NCBI GenBank assembly: GCA_963752255.1
Contig: CAVVXT010000014.1
Location: forward strand, 96,001 to 160,000
Reading direction: 5' to 3'
Length of the DNA stretch: 64,000 bases
Origin: Nitrososphaeria archaeon
GTDB taxonomy: Archaea > Thermoproteota > Nitrososphaeria > JACIWG01
Below are positions 1 to 10,512 of the stretch, one piece after another. Numbering within the stretch: position 1 is the first letter of the stretch; each line of letters opens with the position of its first letter. The notes beneath the pieces were generated by a model that was not told where the DNA came from, did no database searches, and saw only the letters and a program-made list of their open reading frames with translations. A program made the translations under genes and the position numbers.

Positions 1-147
1 TCCTTATGGGTGGCCGTCGTGGGCTACATAATTAATATCTATTCTTTTCTGCCTGCCTTTATTCTTATGGGAGCTCTTGGTGCAACAGGAATAATCATTT
101 TAGTCACTCAGGTCAAAGACACAGGTCCTAAGTTGAATGTGAAATAA
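1..147 (+). CDS. 3' end of a membrane protein, probably an MFS transporter (truncated by window edge)
   Basis: Frame 1 reads SLWVAVVGYIINIYSFLPAFILMGALGATGIIILVTQVKDTGPKLNVK*, with two hydrophobic segments. Confidence 0.45.
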   Translation, partial: SLWVAVVGYIINIYSFLPAFILMGALGATGIIILVTQVKDTGPKLNVK

Positions 148-581
148 TGCTTTCAATATATTTTCTAGCTATGAACTTGTAATGCTTTGAAAAATATTAT
201 GTAGGACTCGAAATTTTAAGAGTTAGGGACACAAAAAATTGAGTTCGCCCTCAAAGCTTTTCTGACCTAAACATCCGTTCGCTGTGCTCGCCTATTTTCT
301 TAATTTTTTTTCATACTCGTCGAATTGTAATGGCTTGAGCCCACTTATGACTTACAGTAATCTTCCTAAGATGTTTGGCAGTAAAAGCATGGCCTTTTTC
401 CTTGACACCCCAGCTGTAGAGTATTTTGAAACATTCATTCCAACTTCTGCACGTTGATTTACGGACAATTGCCAGTTTACCATAGTGTGTTGACAGGATA
501 GGGGAGAACATAATTCAGCCGGTAAAACCCAAAACTAGATAAAGCAGATTAGACTACTTTACTCTTGTAAAAAAAAGAGGT

Positions 582-1190
582 GTGATTATGAACCAGGAAG
601 AAATAAAAATTAGTGGACCCAAAAGGGAAGAAATTGTTACACTCGGCGGAGGCTGCTTCTGGTGCATGGAGGCAGTTTTCAACGAAATAAAGGGCGTGGT
701 AAAGGTGGAATCAGGTTATTCTGGTGGAAATCTGGAGTCCCCATCTTACGAGCAGGTATCGTCTGGTACTACGGGGCACGCAGAAGTTGTACAGATTACG
801 TTTGATCCTGACATAATATCCTTTAAAGAAATTTTAGACATTTTTTTCGCCACACATGACCCTACTACATCGAACCGCCAAGGAAACGACGTAGGAACCC
901 AGTATCGATCAATCATACTTTACCACAACGATGAACAGAAATCGATTGCAGGACAGGTCATACAAGAGCTCAATTCAGAAAAAACTTACAGTGCACCAAT
1001 AGTAACGCAGGTTGAACCGTTTAAGGCATTTTATGCAGCAGAGGAATACCACAGAGACTACTTCAAAAGTCATCCTGAGCAACCCTATTGCAGGATAGTC
1101 ATAGCCCCAAAGATTAACAAATTGCAGAAATATCACATTGAAAAACTGAAGATTCTACCCTTGGAAAAAAAGGAAAAATTGTGGAGATAA
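582..1190 (+). CDS. msrA: Peptide-methionine (S)-S-oxide reductase
   Basis: GGCFWC active site; [18 protein letters not shown] and AEEYH motifs. Confidence 0.97.
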   Translation: MIMNQEEIKISGPKREEIVTLGGGCFWCMEAVFNEIKGVVKVESGYSGGNLESPSYEQVSSGTTGHAEVVQITFDPDIISFKEILDIFFATHDPTTSNRQGNDVGTQYRSIILYHNDEQKSIAGQVIQELNSEKTYSAPIVTQVEPFKAFYAAEEYHRDYFKSHPEQPYCRIVIAPKINKLQKYHIEKLKILPLEKKEKLWR

Positions 1191-1289
1191 AAAAACGTAG
1201 AGGGGCTTCAATATAGTAGTGTAACGCAAAGTTTCAAGTTTCTACAATGTATTGGAGTTCGCGCAGATAGGACTCCATTATTCCCAAAA

Positions 1290-1458
1290 TTGACCATTTA
1301 CAAACTAGAGTATGGCCAATTGAAGGAGGAAGAACTCTACCGCTTTCTGTGTAGTGAAAGAAATTTTTTCTAGAAATGGAGTTGAACCAGCTGTTTTAAG
1401 AATGAAAGAAATCTATTCAAGAAAAAGGGAGGCAGGACTTGACGAGTGGTTAAAATGA
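1290..1458 (+). pseudogene. Remnant of the flap endonuclease 1 C-terminus
   Basis: EEELYRFLCSERNF then (frameshift) SRNGVEPAVLRMKEIYSRKREAGLDEWLK*, resembling the archaeal FEN1 tail with a PIP-box-like end; no N-terminal nuclease domain. Confidence 0.5.
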
Positions 1459-1544
1459 TTAATTGCATTATTACGCTCTCTTGTTTAAAGCTTTGAGGGT
1501 TAAATAATTCCATTATAACAGAATAGGTCAATCAATTCCTTCGT

Positions 1545-2096
1545 TTACACTCCTTTTAAAGTTCTGAGATATCTATCGTAATAAAGTAAGCTTGCGATCG
1601 TCTTAGCGTCTACTACAGCTTCTTTTCTAATTAATCCCAATGCTTCTTCGAATGGTAGAACGATTGTCTGTATAATTTCTGTTTCTTCTGGAGAAGCAGT
1701 ACCCTGCTTCAGCTTGTCGGTGAAAAAAGAGTATATTATTTCGGTGCTGAATCCCGGTGAAGGGTACATTCTAAACATCTCCGTAGCTTTATCAGCGACA
1801 TAACCTGTTTCTTCTTTGAGTTCCCTTAGCGCGCACTCTTCTAAGCTTTCCCCTTTTTTGTCTAAGGTTCCTGCGGGAAGCTCGTAAACCCAATTATTAA
1901 TAGATGCACGGAACTGTTTTAAAAAAACAATTTTGTCATCTAAAAACGGTAAAATAACAACCGCACCGGGGTGTTCAACAATTTCTTTTCTAATAATTTT
2001 CCCATTTGGAAGGCTAATATTCGTAACTTTAAATGAGATTCTCTTTCCTTGGTAAACAAAATTAGAATTATCCAGTCTTTGCGAAGAAGATTCCAT
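1545..2096 (-). CDS. Nudix hydrolase, ADP-ribose pyrophosphatase-like
   Basis: Nudix box GTLDKKGESLEECALRELKEETGY; HPGAV and SPG motifs. Confidence 0.92.
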   Translation of the reverse strand: MESSSQRLDNSNFVYQGKRISFKVTNISLPNGKIIRKEIVEHPGAVVILPFLDDKIVFLKQFRASINNWVYELPAGTLDKKGESLEECALRELKEETGYVADKATEMFRMYPSPGFSTEIIYSFFTDKLKQGTASPEETEIIQTIVLPFEEALGLIRKEAVVDAKTIASLLYYDRYLRTLKGV

Positions 2097-2734
2097 GCAC
2101 GTGCAGACCGAACAACTATAAATAAAGCATTCTACATTAGAGCGTATTTGGCTTACAATTAGGGTGAATATTTAACTCTAGCAATTGCCGTCCATGGAGT
2201 CGCTCAAGTTCACAGGGCAGAGGGGGCAGCTTCTGCAATAGGGCAGTATTCTATATCTAGCTCCTTGTATAGACATCGGGTAGTTATAGGACCTAGTGGA
2301 AACAGGACACCTATAGCCTTCCGGGTACTTTTGCCCATTATTTTTTATACCGCATCCGAATATAACCAGACTAATTAAATCGTCTTTACAAGGTGTCGTG
2401 TTGGGCTTTAGAAGTATCCTATCTGATACTTTAGACTCAGGATTAAGTACTGACAGTCTATGGTTAGATCTTAAAACTCCACCTTCTTTTCTTATGAGCA
2501 CGTACTTAGACATTATATATGACTGATTAGGGACAAAAAATCGGTCTAATAAGTTTTTCTAAAATCTAGTCCAATCTAGTCCAATATCATCTTTATTCTT
2601 AATAAAAACTATTAACTTATTTTAAAAAGTTTGATTTAAATATTATTAAAGAGAAATTATATACACAAAAAAATTAAATAATTACAGACTGGTTAATAAT
2701 AAAAATAGGGGTAAGATAATCGGTTATTGATGGG

Positions 2735-3736
2735 ATGAAGGGGGCTATTCTTTACAGACAGGCATCGGTTGAAACGTCGCCTTTGAAGATGGAGGATGTT
2801 GATAAACCCGATCCAAAGGGCGATGACATTCTCATAAAGGTGAGCGCGTGTGCGGTATGTAGGACAGACCTACATATATTGGAAGGAGACCTGCAGGCGA
2901 TAAAGATGCCCTTGATACTCGGACATCAGGCTGTTGGAACAGTGGAAGATACAGGACCCAAGGTGACAAACGTACATATAGGGGAGAGAGTTGGCGTACC
3001 CTGGCTTTACTGGTCCTGCGGAACATGCAAGTACTGTAGGTCTTCGCTTGAAAACCTCTGCGATCACGCACTTTTTACAGGGTACAGCGTTAACGGCGGA
3101 TACGCAGAATACATGCTGGCTAGGGACGGTTTTGTCCACAAGCTTCCAAATGAGTTCGACGACGCTCACGTAGCTCCTCTTCTCTGCGGGGGAGCCATAG
3201 GGTATAGGGCACTGAAGCTCACAGGGTTCCTCAATAGAGGGTCAGGAAAACTAGGCATATTCGGATTTGGCTCGGCAGCCCACCTAATAACTCCTGTTGC
3301 AATAGGGAAGGGTTTAGAAATATACGTTTTCACCAGAGGCTCTTCTCGGCAGGAGCTCGCTAGGGAGCTTGGAGTTAAGTGGTCAGGTCAGCCTACAGAT
3401 GATCCAGGTGTCAAATTGGATGCTGCAGTGGTCTTCGCACCGGCAGGATGGATAGTTATTGAAGCTCTGAAAAAGTTGGACAAGGCTGGGAGGGTGGTGA
3501 TCGGAGAGATCCACATGAGTCCAATTGAGAGACTTGACTACAACCTCATTTGGCTTGAAAGGGAAATAAAGTCGGTGGCAAACGTTACCAGGGATGATGT
3601 AAAAGAATATCTTAAGGAAGCGGTCAGAGCTGACATAAAACCGGACGTACATGTTTACAGCTTAGAGGAAGCCAATAGGGCACTTCAAGACTTGAAACAG
3701 GGTTCTATAACGGGGGCAGCGGTTCTAAAAATTTAG
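2735..3736 (+). CDS. Zinc-dependent alcohol dehydrogenase (MDR family)
   Basis: CRTD, GHQ, structural Zn CGTCKYC..C, and GFG nucleotide-binding loop. Confidence 0.93.
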   Translation: MKGAILYRQASVETSPLKMEDVDKPDPKGDDILIKVSACAVCRTDLHILEGDLQAIKMPLILGHQAVGTVEDTGPKVTNVHIGERVGVPWLYWSCGTCKYCRSSLENLCDHALFTGYSVNGGYAEYMLARDGFVHKLPNEFDDAHVAPLLCGGAIGYRALKLTGFLNRGSGKLGIFGFGSAAHLITPVAIGKGLEIYVFTRGSSRQELARELGVKWSGQPTDDPGVKLDAAVVFAPAGWIVIEALKKLDKAGRVVIGEIHMSPIERLDYNLIWLEREIKSVANVTRDDVKEYLKEAVRADIKPDVHVYSLEEANRALQDLKQGSITGAAVLKI

Positions 3737-4170
3737 ATGATCTTCTGTTTCACACCTGCTTGTATTGAGCTTAAGTTACTTTTGTGCATCTTGATTTAGT
3801 AGGCTCCATTTTTCTCTATTGATGAACATAAGAGTTGGCATCTCTTTTTTCATTATGTAATGGACTTAATTGACATTTCTAGGGGTTATTCTTAGCAATT
3901 ATCCTTATTTAAGGGATAGAATGGTGGCCAAAACATAGATTAATGGGCCTGAAAATCACATAGAGGTAACATCGAACTCGATTGAGACTCCCACTGGTAG
4001 TTCATAGGCGCTAACGTTCCAATAGAACTGAGTCACGACAACCTTCACTTTATCTATATCGATATTAATTTTAATGAAAAATAATTATTCTAATGAAATC
4101 ATTAAAAATATGAATAATTATGCTAATCTATTTATAGATGTTTTATCATTATATTTAATTGACTTTTACG

Positions 4171-4511
4171 GTGATTAAGATTAAGAGAGCTTACGAAGAG
4201 CCTGAGACAAGCGACGGTATAAGGTTTCTTATTGATAGGTTTTGGCCTAAGGTAAGACATCGGAAGCCCTAAGAGTAGAGGAATGGATGAAGGATATTGC
4301 TCCAACTGTTGAGCTGATTAAATGGTTTGGTCATGATCCTGCTAAATGGTTAGAGTTTAAGCAGAAGTACAAAAAGCAGTTGGAGGCAAAAGGTACTCTG
4401 ATAGACAAACTTAAGCAGATTTCGAGGAAGAGGACCCTGACTCTGGTCTATGCCGCTAAGGATACTGAACACAACAATGCTGTAGTGTTAAAGGAAGTTT
4501 TAGAGAGTTAA
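4171..4511 (+). pseudogene. DUF488/YeaO-family protein with one frameshift near 4250
   Basis: GTG start, IKIKRAYEEPETSDGIRFLIDRFWP, then shifted frame EALRVEEWMKDIAP...YAAKDTEHNNAVVL; one base appears missing in the WPRG motif. Confidence 0.8.
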
Positions 4512-4633
4512 CTTTCCATTTATAGTATTTATTGTTGTTCTTTGACTGGCAACTATGTTGCCAAATTTCCATTTTTTCGGATAAATAAAAGAGTCTCTGT
4601 CACTTTTAACATAGACTTTAATTCAAAAGGAGG

Positions 4634-4763
4634 TGGGGCTGGTGGGACTTGAACCCACGGCTTACGGGTTTCTTCACCCAGCTCCAAAACTACATCATCC
4701 CTGTAGTCAATATACCATATCTGTTCTGGAGCCCGTTGTCCTCCCTAGCTGGACGACAGCCCC
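4634..4763 (-). tRNA. tRNA-Trp(CCA) with a 56-nt intron at 37/38 (4670-4725)
   Basis: Acceptor GGGGCTG/CAGCCCC-A, anticodon stem ACGGG/CCCGT with CT-CCA-G, T arm GTGGG TTCAAGT CCCAC, relaxed BHB at the junctions. Confidence 0.93.
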
Positions 4764-4857
4764 TCCGACAAGTCATGCTACCATAGGAAGGGAAAATAAA
4801 AGTTTTTTATATCAAAAAAGAAAGCTTAATTAGTAGTTATTTGGGCGGTATTGTTTA

Positions 4858-4970
4858 GCCGGCCATAGTGTTATGGGCTCGACCTGGTCTCGTCAGATCC
4901 CAGAAGTCAAACCATATCACGCCATTGCGTTAGTGATGTGCAGAAGCCGTCGCGAAGCAGTGGTGCTGGC
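4858..4970 (+). rRNA. rrf: 5S rRNA, not linked to 16S/23S
   Basis: GCCGGCCATAG start pairs with terminal GCTGGC; GGTCTCGTCAGATCCCAGAAGTCAA loop C region; about 113 nt; upstream TATA-like CTTAAT. Confidence 0.9.
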
Positions 4971-4997
4971 GCCTTACAGTAAAAAAGTGAAAAAATA

Positions 4998-6117
4998 ATG
5001 CAAACTCAGATACTGCAACTCTTTCCCATAGGCAGTAATACACTCCAAGAAATATTGTCGCTTGCCTTCTATGGGTTCTTCTTCCTTTACCTGTTCTTCG
5101 GAACTTACATTCAGACCCAGAGGATTCTTATGTCCCTGTCGGGGGCATTAAATAAGGTTAAAGATTCTAATGATAAATCAAAGAAAGCGCTCTTAGACTA
5201 CTTACAGAAGAATGGATACAAAGGCGACCCATCTAAACAGGTCAATGACCTTCTAGAATTTTTTACAATAGCTCCTGTAAGCATAGACCCAGCGGGTCTG
5301 GTGAGGAAAATAGAGCACCTTCTAAGTGTAAGAGATGAAAGGGTAAGGGAGGAGGTCAAGAGGCTTCTACCTAACAAAGACGTCATAACAACATCTGTAG
5401 TTGAGAATCTATTGGATACGTCCTCTGCATTAAATTATTATTACAAAGTTCTCCGCCACTACTATCTTTTAGGTAAGAAGACATCAAACATCTACCTCCT
5501 TATGCAGTTGCAGATCATTTTGCCCGAAATCTTAAAAGAAATTGAAGCTCTGTTGGCATTCGATCGAACCGGTAGAGAACGCCCAGCCTCTTGGAGATGG
5601 GATAGGTGCGATGGTGGCTGCAAAACTGATGCTAAATAATGACAAGAAAACAATAGCCCGTGATACGGTGTTCGCGGAAGTCAGTTACAAAAATAGGGAC
5701 ATTTACGCAATGAAGGCTGAAGGGCCTGCAGGAAATGTTGGAGCAGTAGGTAATGGGGTAGAGCGTTTAATCAACGATTACGGGCTGAAGCCTTCATTAA
5801 TAGTAATGATCGATGCCGCCTTGAAGTTAGAGGGTGAAACTTCGGGAGAAATTGCCGAAGGTGTAGGTGCAGCTATTGGCGGCATAGGTGTGGATAAGTT
5901 CAAGATAGAAGAAGTGTCTTCGAAAAACGGTACCCCACTGTACGCGATAATCATCAAGGAAACTCTTGCTGAAGCAATAACTGCTATGACCAAGGATATT
6001 GTAGACGCAGCAGCCAAGGTTCAGGCAAGACTTGACAACCTGCTTGAAGATAGGACGAAGGAAGGAGACACAGTTATAGTTGTAGGTGTTGGAAATACGT
6101 TTGGGGTTGGGCAGTAA
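4998..6117 (+). CDS. DUF1512-family membrane-anchored protein, split by a +1 frameshift near 5559
   Basis: Two overlapping ORFs join into one protein: N-terminal TM, DPAGLV, QPLGDGIG, IDAALKLEGE, GVGNT motifs. Confidence 0.82.
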
Positions 6118-6311
6118 TGGCGAACCGACTGTTTAGGGGTCAGGACAAAAAGCCTTTCAAGATCGTTACCGTGGAGGAGTGTTCATCCTGCGGTCTAAAG
6201 ATGAAAAGACCGTTTCAGTTTGGTGATTACATATTTAAAGAGGGCAGTAAGTGCCAAAAGTGCGGCTCAAAGACGATGATAAACGCGATCTACAAAGAAG
6301 AGCTCAAATAG
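6117..6311 (+). CDS. Small zinc-ribbon protein
   Basis: CSSC and CQKC pairs; TAATG overlap with the upstream gene. Confidence 0.75.
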   Translation: MANRLFRGQDKKPFKIVTVEECSSCGLKMKRPFQFGDYIFKEGSKCQKCGSKTMINAIYKEELK

Positions 6312-6320
6312 CTTTCACAT

Positions 6321-7232
6321 TTACGCTGTCGTAATGATCGTATTGTTTTTCATGACTAGCACCGTATGCTCGTATTGGCTGACGATTTGATTGGTCGCCT
6401 CCTTCAAAACAGGATACTCCCTTATCATCTTGTTCTTGACAAGGTATACTATTGCATTTTGCAGTTCCTTTTTTTCATATAAGTCAGTAAACCATCGGAT
6501 GGTAAAGGGTAACGTCTTCCTTCTCTCCCAGATTTTTTCTAAAAGGGAATCTGCCACCTTGTCCTTAAGTCGTTTTCTTCTGATTACGCTGAAAATGTGA
6601 ACCCTATCTGTTTCGTCAACGAAGGCCGCTGCGTTCTTTGTTGTAAGGAAAGGCTCTATCGCATAACCTTTCCCTTCACCGAATCTCCCCAGTAATCCTT
6701 TGACAGGGGTATTGGGTATGGACTGGCCTGAATGAATCTGAAACTGTCCAAGAGAATGTCCTGAAAGATTGAAGATTGTCTTGTACCCCATTTGAGTTGT
6801 TGTATAATATACCGTTCTGCCTACTTCATTAACACTTTCCCCTGCCTTCACCTTCTTGAGAGCTGTATTAAGCACTTCAAGATTAGCTCTGGTCATGTCA
6901 GCATATTCCTCATTAAAATTGATTGTTATAGCCGTGTCGGCTATAAAGCCGTTCACATGGATTCCGATGTCCAATTTGACAAGGTCTCTCTCACCTATTA
7001 TTCTTATGTCGTCTATTCCAGCAGTATCGTGTGCTGCTACCTCGTTAATGCATATGTTTGCTGGGAAGGCCTGTTCTCCTCCCAGTTCAGCGCTTCTATC
7101 CTCCACTATTCTACAGATCTCTTGGAAGCTGGTTCCTGATCTTATTCTACTCCTTGCTTCCTTTATGATCTGGGAAGCTATCTTCCCTGCTTTGAGATAG
7201 GATTCCTGCTCTTCTACACTCAAGTTTTTCAT
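6321..7232 (-). CDS. map: Type II methionine aminopeptidase
   Basis: AFP, AAH, DIGIHVNGFIADTA, GH, AIEPF and QYEHT motifs; start moved to MKNLS at 7232. Confidence 0.96.
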   Translation of the reverse strand: MKNLSVEEQESYLKAGKIASQIIKEARSRIRSGTSFQEICRIVEDRSAELGGEQAFPANICINEVAAHDTAGIDDIRIIGERDLVKLDIGIHVNGFIADTAITINFNEEYADMTRANLEVLNTALKKVKAGESVNEVGRTVYYTTTQMGYKTIFNLSGHSLGQFQIHSGQSIPNTPVKGLLGRFGEGKGYAIEPFLTTKNAAAFVDETDRVHIFSVIRRKRLKDKVADSLLEKIWERRKTLPFTIRWFTDLYEKKELQNAIVYLVKNKMIREYPVLKEATNQIVSQYEHTVLVMKNNTIITTA

Positions 7233-7331
7233 CTCTACTATATTTTCTTGTCTTATTTCTACACATTTTTCTCTAATTAAATCTTTATTTAGTAAGAGGG
7301 CAGAAGATGTGTCAAAAAAAGGCGAATACAA

Positions 7332-7823
7332 ATGTCAAAGCGTCTTTTTAAACAAATAGTTGTTGGTGGTACCTTTGATTATATACACAAGGGACACATT
7401 CTTCTATTGGATTGTGTTCTTAGCTTGGGTAATAAGGTGATAATTGGGGTGTCTTCAGACTCTCTCTTAGAGGAAATTGGTAAATGTGTGGACCATAACT
7501 ACAAACAGAGATTTGAGCTACTGCGATCTTACTTGAAAAAAAAGGGTGCTTTAGGAAGGTGCTCGATATTTGAACTCAAAGATCGTTACGGTCCTGCATT
7601 GTCTCCGAGGTCAGATACTATTGTTGTCAGCGAAGAAACGCAGATCTTTGCAGACGAATGTAACTTGATAAGATTTTCTATGGGACTAACTCCATTAGTG
7701 AAGGTTGTTGTTCCTCTTGTTTACGCAGAAGATGGTGAGAGAATCTCCTCTACGAAGATAAGAAACAGGGAAATTGATTCTAAAGGACAACTTCTCTGTT
7801 CGGGTCGTAAAGGAACTCCTTAA
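7332..7823 (+). CDS. coaD: Phosphopantetheine adenylyltransferase (archaeal type)
   Basis: GGTFDYIHKGH, VVSEET and RISSTKIR motifs. Confidence 0.9.
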   Translation: MSKRLFKQIVVGGTFDYIHKGHILLLDCVLSLGNKVIIGVSSDSLLEEIGKCVDHNYKQRFELLRSYLKKKGALGRCSIFELKDRYGPALSPRSDTIVVSEETQIFADECNLIRFSMGLTPLVKVVVPLVYAEDGERISSTKIRNREIDSKGQLLCSGRKGTP

Positions 7824-8928
7824 CTACTGCCTTTGCCTCATCACGTTTGGCTTGGAAATCTTCTAGGAACTTCTTGATCTTTCCTATAAGGGACAACTTG
7901 TGTTCGCCACATAAGAGTTTTCCGCATATACAATCGTCTCTTATTTTCTCCAATTTTCTGTCGTCGGGCTCAAAAAAGTATTGCTCATACCAGAAAACGG
8001 GACAAATATTGGGGTTTGCTCCCTTTGCCCTCTGCTCCTTTATCGTAGGCTGTCCTCCAGTGAACGCGTTTTTAATCTTCCTTTCTATCTCCTTAGGTTT
8101 ATCGGTTGTGTAGATCGCGCTCTCAGGTGAAGACGATGACATCTTTCCTTCCTTGTTTAGCGCTGGGAGGAACTTAGAGTGTACCTGCGCCGGTTTATAG
8201 TAATCCAGTTTCTCTGCGACGTCGCGTGTCATTCTCCAAAAGTTGTCTTGGTCTATCGCAGCCGGTATCAGGCAAGGCACTTTCTTCCTTAACTTGTAGG
8301 AATATAGAAAGGAAGGGGTTGCCTGAATCGATGGGAAGAAGGCCATTCCAATGTTGGTTGAGTCTTGGAACCCGAAGACCGCCTTAACGGTTGAGAGGGT
8401 TATTGCCTTAGCTATTTTAATGGATAGAGGGTAAAGTTCTCTTATACCCTCGGTGTCTACAAGAATCTGCGTCTTTTTTGAATTGAAACCGACGGCGATG
8501 ATGTCCAACAGATTGTCTGCGGTCATTTCGTTGACTTGCTCGAGAGAGAGCTGGTCTCTATAGAGAAACTTTTCGTCATCCGTAACCTGAAACAATAGCT
8601 GGACGTCAAATTTTTCCTGAAGATACTTTGTAAAGAACCATGGTAGGAGGTGGCCGAGATGAACCCTTCCAGACGGGCCTCTTCCCGTGTACAGATAAAA
8701 CTTTTCACCCTCCTCGTATTTTTTAAATATCCAGTCAAGATCGCGATGGCTGAAGAAGAACCCTCTCCTTATAAAAAAGTTAACTTCCCCCGTAAACTTC
8801 TTGAAGTTCTCCAGTATGCCATCGTCTATATACCTTGTGCCAAATTGTTCCACTAACCTATCGTAGTCCACTTCTCCTTCAACTGCCCATGGCGTAACTT
8901 CGTTGCCGTTGTTTTCTGTCTTTTCCAT
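7780..8928 (-). CDS. trpS: Tryptophanyl-tRNA synthetase
   Basis: VTPW, YTGRGPS, HLGH, AIDQD and KMSSS motifs; start MEKTEN at 8928. Confidence 0.97.
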   Translation of the reverse strand: MEKTENNGNEVTPWAVEGEVDYDRLVEQFGTRYIDDGILENFKKFTGEVNFFIRRGFFFSHRDLDWIFKKYEEGEKFYLYTGRGPSGRVHLGHLLPWFFTKYLQEKFDVQLLFQVTDDEKFLYRDQLSLEQVNEMTADNLLDIIAVGFNSKKTQILVDTEGIRELYPLSIKIAKAITLSTVKAVFGFQDSTNIGMAFFPSIQATPSFLYSYKLRKKVPCLIPAAIDQDNFWRMTRDVAEKLDYYKPAQVHSKFLPALNKEGKMSSSSPESAIYTTDKPKEIERKIKNAFTGGQPTIKEQRAKGANPNICPVFWYEQYFFEPDDRKLEKIRDDCICGKLLCGEHKLSLIGKIKKFLEDFQAKRDEAKAVVKEFLYDPNREVVL

Positions 8929-8976
8929 TCTCGAGAAAGGTTCTTTGAAAAGATTTAAAAACATTATGAGAAACAT

Positions 8977-10512
8977 ATGGGGCAAGTAGATTTAATGGGC
9001 GTCGTACTACATCCGATCGAAGTCAAAATCCTTAGTGTGCTAAGGACGAAAGACAGTGTAAACCTTGAACTTCTCCCTTCAATTACCAGTCTCTCTCTAG
9101 ATCAGGTTCGACGCGGTATAGAGTGGCTAAAGGAAAAGAATCTGATCGAAGTACAAAAGGATTCGAAGGTTCTTATAGGGTTGGGTTCAGCTGGTGAGAG
9201 AAGCGTTAAAGACGGGCTTCCGGAGAAACGTATTCAATTGCTTTTGATGAATAAAGGGGGGAAGACCCCATTGGAGGATGTAAGAAAGGAACTGAAGATG
9301 GGTGAAAAGGAGTTTTCAGCAGCCCTAGGTATTTCGACAAGAAAGGGTTTGGTTAAATTGACAAAGGACGACAAAACACTTCTTGAAGCTGAAAGTGATC
9401 GAACGCTGTCAACAGAGTCCCTTATCAACAAAATTTTTTCTCTTAAAGAAATTGATGTCAGAACACTGAGCGAGGATGAAAAGGAAGCGCTTAAGGAACT
9501 GGAGAAGAGACCTGATTATATCTTATCAAAAGAAGTAAGTCAAACAACCATAAAGGTTTCCTCCCAGGCTTTGGCGATATTGGATGAATATCTGAGGAAG
9601 TCATATGAAAACAAACTTACTCCTGAACTACTTTTAACGGGAAGGTGGAGGGAAGTCGTCTTTAGACCATATGATATAGAGAGCCCTGTCCCAACACTTT
9701 ATCCTGGAAAAAAGCATCCAGTTCAGGATTTTATTGACAGGGCCAGAGAAATTTTCTTGTATCTTGGGTTTGAAGAAATCGAAGGCCCTATTGTTCTTCC
9801 TTCATTTTGGAATTTTGATGCACTTTTCATACCTCAAGATCACTCTGCAAGAGAAATGCAGGACACCTTCTATTTAAAGGATGTATCGGCAAAGGATCTT
9901 GAAAAGGAGGCTCCAGTGGACGCCATAAAAAACGTACACGAAAATGGTGGTGACACAGGTTCAACTGGCTGGGGTTATAAGTGGTCTTTGAAAGAAGCCA
10001 AAAAGATGGTGCTGAGAACCCATACTACACCGATTACTGTACAATATCTTTACGATCACAAGCCCTCATCAGCAAAAGTGTTCTCCATCGACAGAGTGTT
10101 CAGGAATGAAAACTTGGACAATAAGCACCTATTTGAGTTCTATCAGTATGAAGGGATAGTTACAGGTCGCAACGTCACGCTGAGAAATTTGATCGGGGTT
10201 TTAGGCTCCTTCTACAAAGAGCTCGGTTTTGAGAAGGTCAAGTTTTGGCCTACGTTCTTTCCGTACACTGAACCTTCACTTGAAGCTGTCGCGTACGTCG
10301 ATAGATTAGGAAAGTGGATAGAATTGTGTGGTATGGGTGTTTTTAGGCCAGAAGTAACTCTACCATCTGGCGTAAAGAACCCTGTTCTAGCTTGGGGAGG
10401 CGGACTTGAAAGATTGATAATGTTAGCTTACGATGTGGAAGAAATCAGGTTTCTGTATAAAAATAACTTGGACTGGTTGAGAAGTGTAAAATATGCCCGT
10501 ACTCACTATTAG
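8977..10512 (+). CDS. pheS: Phenylalanyl-tRNA synthetase alpha subunit
   Basis: QDHSAREMQDTF, LRTHTT, FRNE, FFPYTEPS and GLERL motifs. Confidence 0.97.
   Translation: MGQVDLMGVVLHPIEVKILSVLRTKDSVNLELLPSITSLSLDQVRRGIEWLKEKNLIEVQKDSKVLIGLGSAGERSVKDGLPEKRIQLLLMNKGGKTPLEDVRKELKMGEKEFSAALGISTRKGLVKLTKDDKTLLEAESDRTLSTESLINKIFSLKEIDVRTLSEDEKEALKELEKRPDYILSKEVSQTTIKVSSQALAILDEYLRKSYENKLTPELLLTGRWREVVFRPYDIESPVPTLYPGKKHPVQDFIDRAREIFLYLGFEEIEGPIVLPSFWNFDALFIPQDHSAREMQDTFYLKDVSAKDLEKEAPVDAIKNVHENGGDTGSTGWGYKWSLKEAKKMVLRTHTTPITVQYLYDHKPSSAKVFSIDRVFRNENLDNKHLFEFYQYEGIVTGRNVTLRNLIGVLGSFYKELGFEKVKFWPTFFPYTEPSLEAVAYVDRLGKWIELCGMGVFRPEVTLPSGVKNPVLAWGGGLERLIMLAYDVEEIRFLYKNNLDWLRSVKYARTHY

Noticed and set aside
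311-511. 66-aa minus-strand ORF faintly like a HEPN/DUF86 fragment
   Set aside because: No Rx4-6H motif and no partner gene; similarity too weak to call
2178-2513. 111-aa Cys-containing ORF
   Set aside because: No recognisable motif and composition is not coding-like; possibly a relic
2564-2585. Tandem 10-mer ATCTAGTCCA x2
   Set aside because: Only two copies with no spacers; not a CRISPR or iteron array
4633-4833. ORFs containing GLEPT/GFELAT/GFEPAT (also 21579-21794 and 21982-22203)
   Set aside because: Antisense translations of tRNA genes
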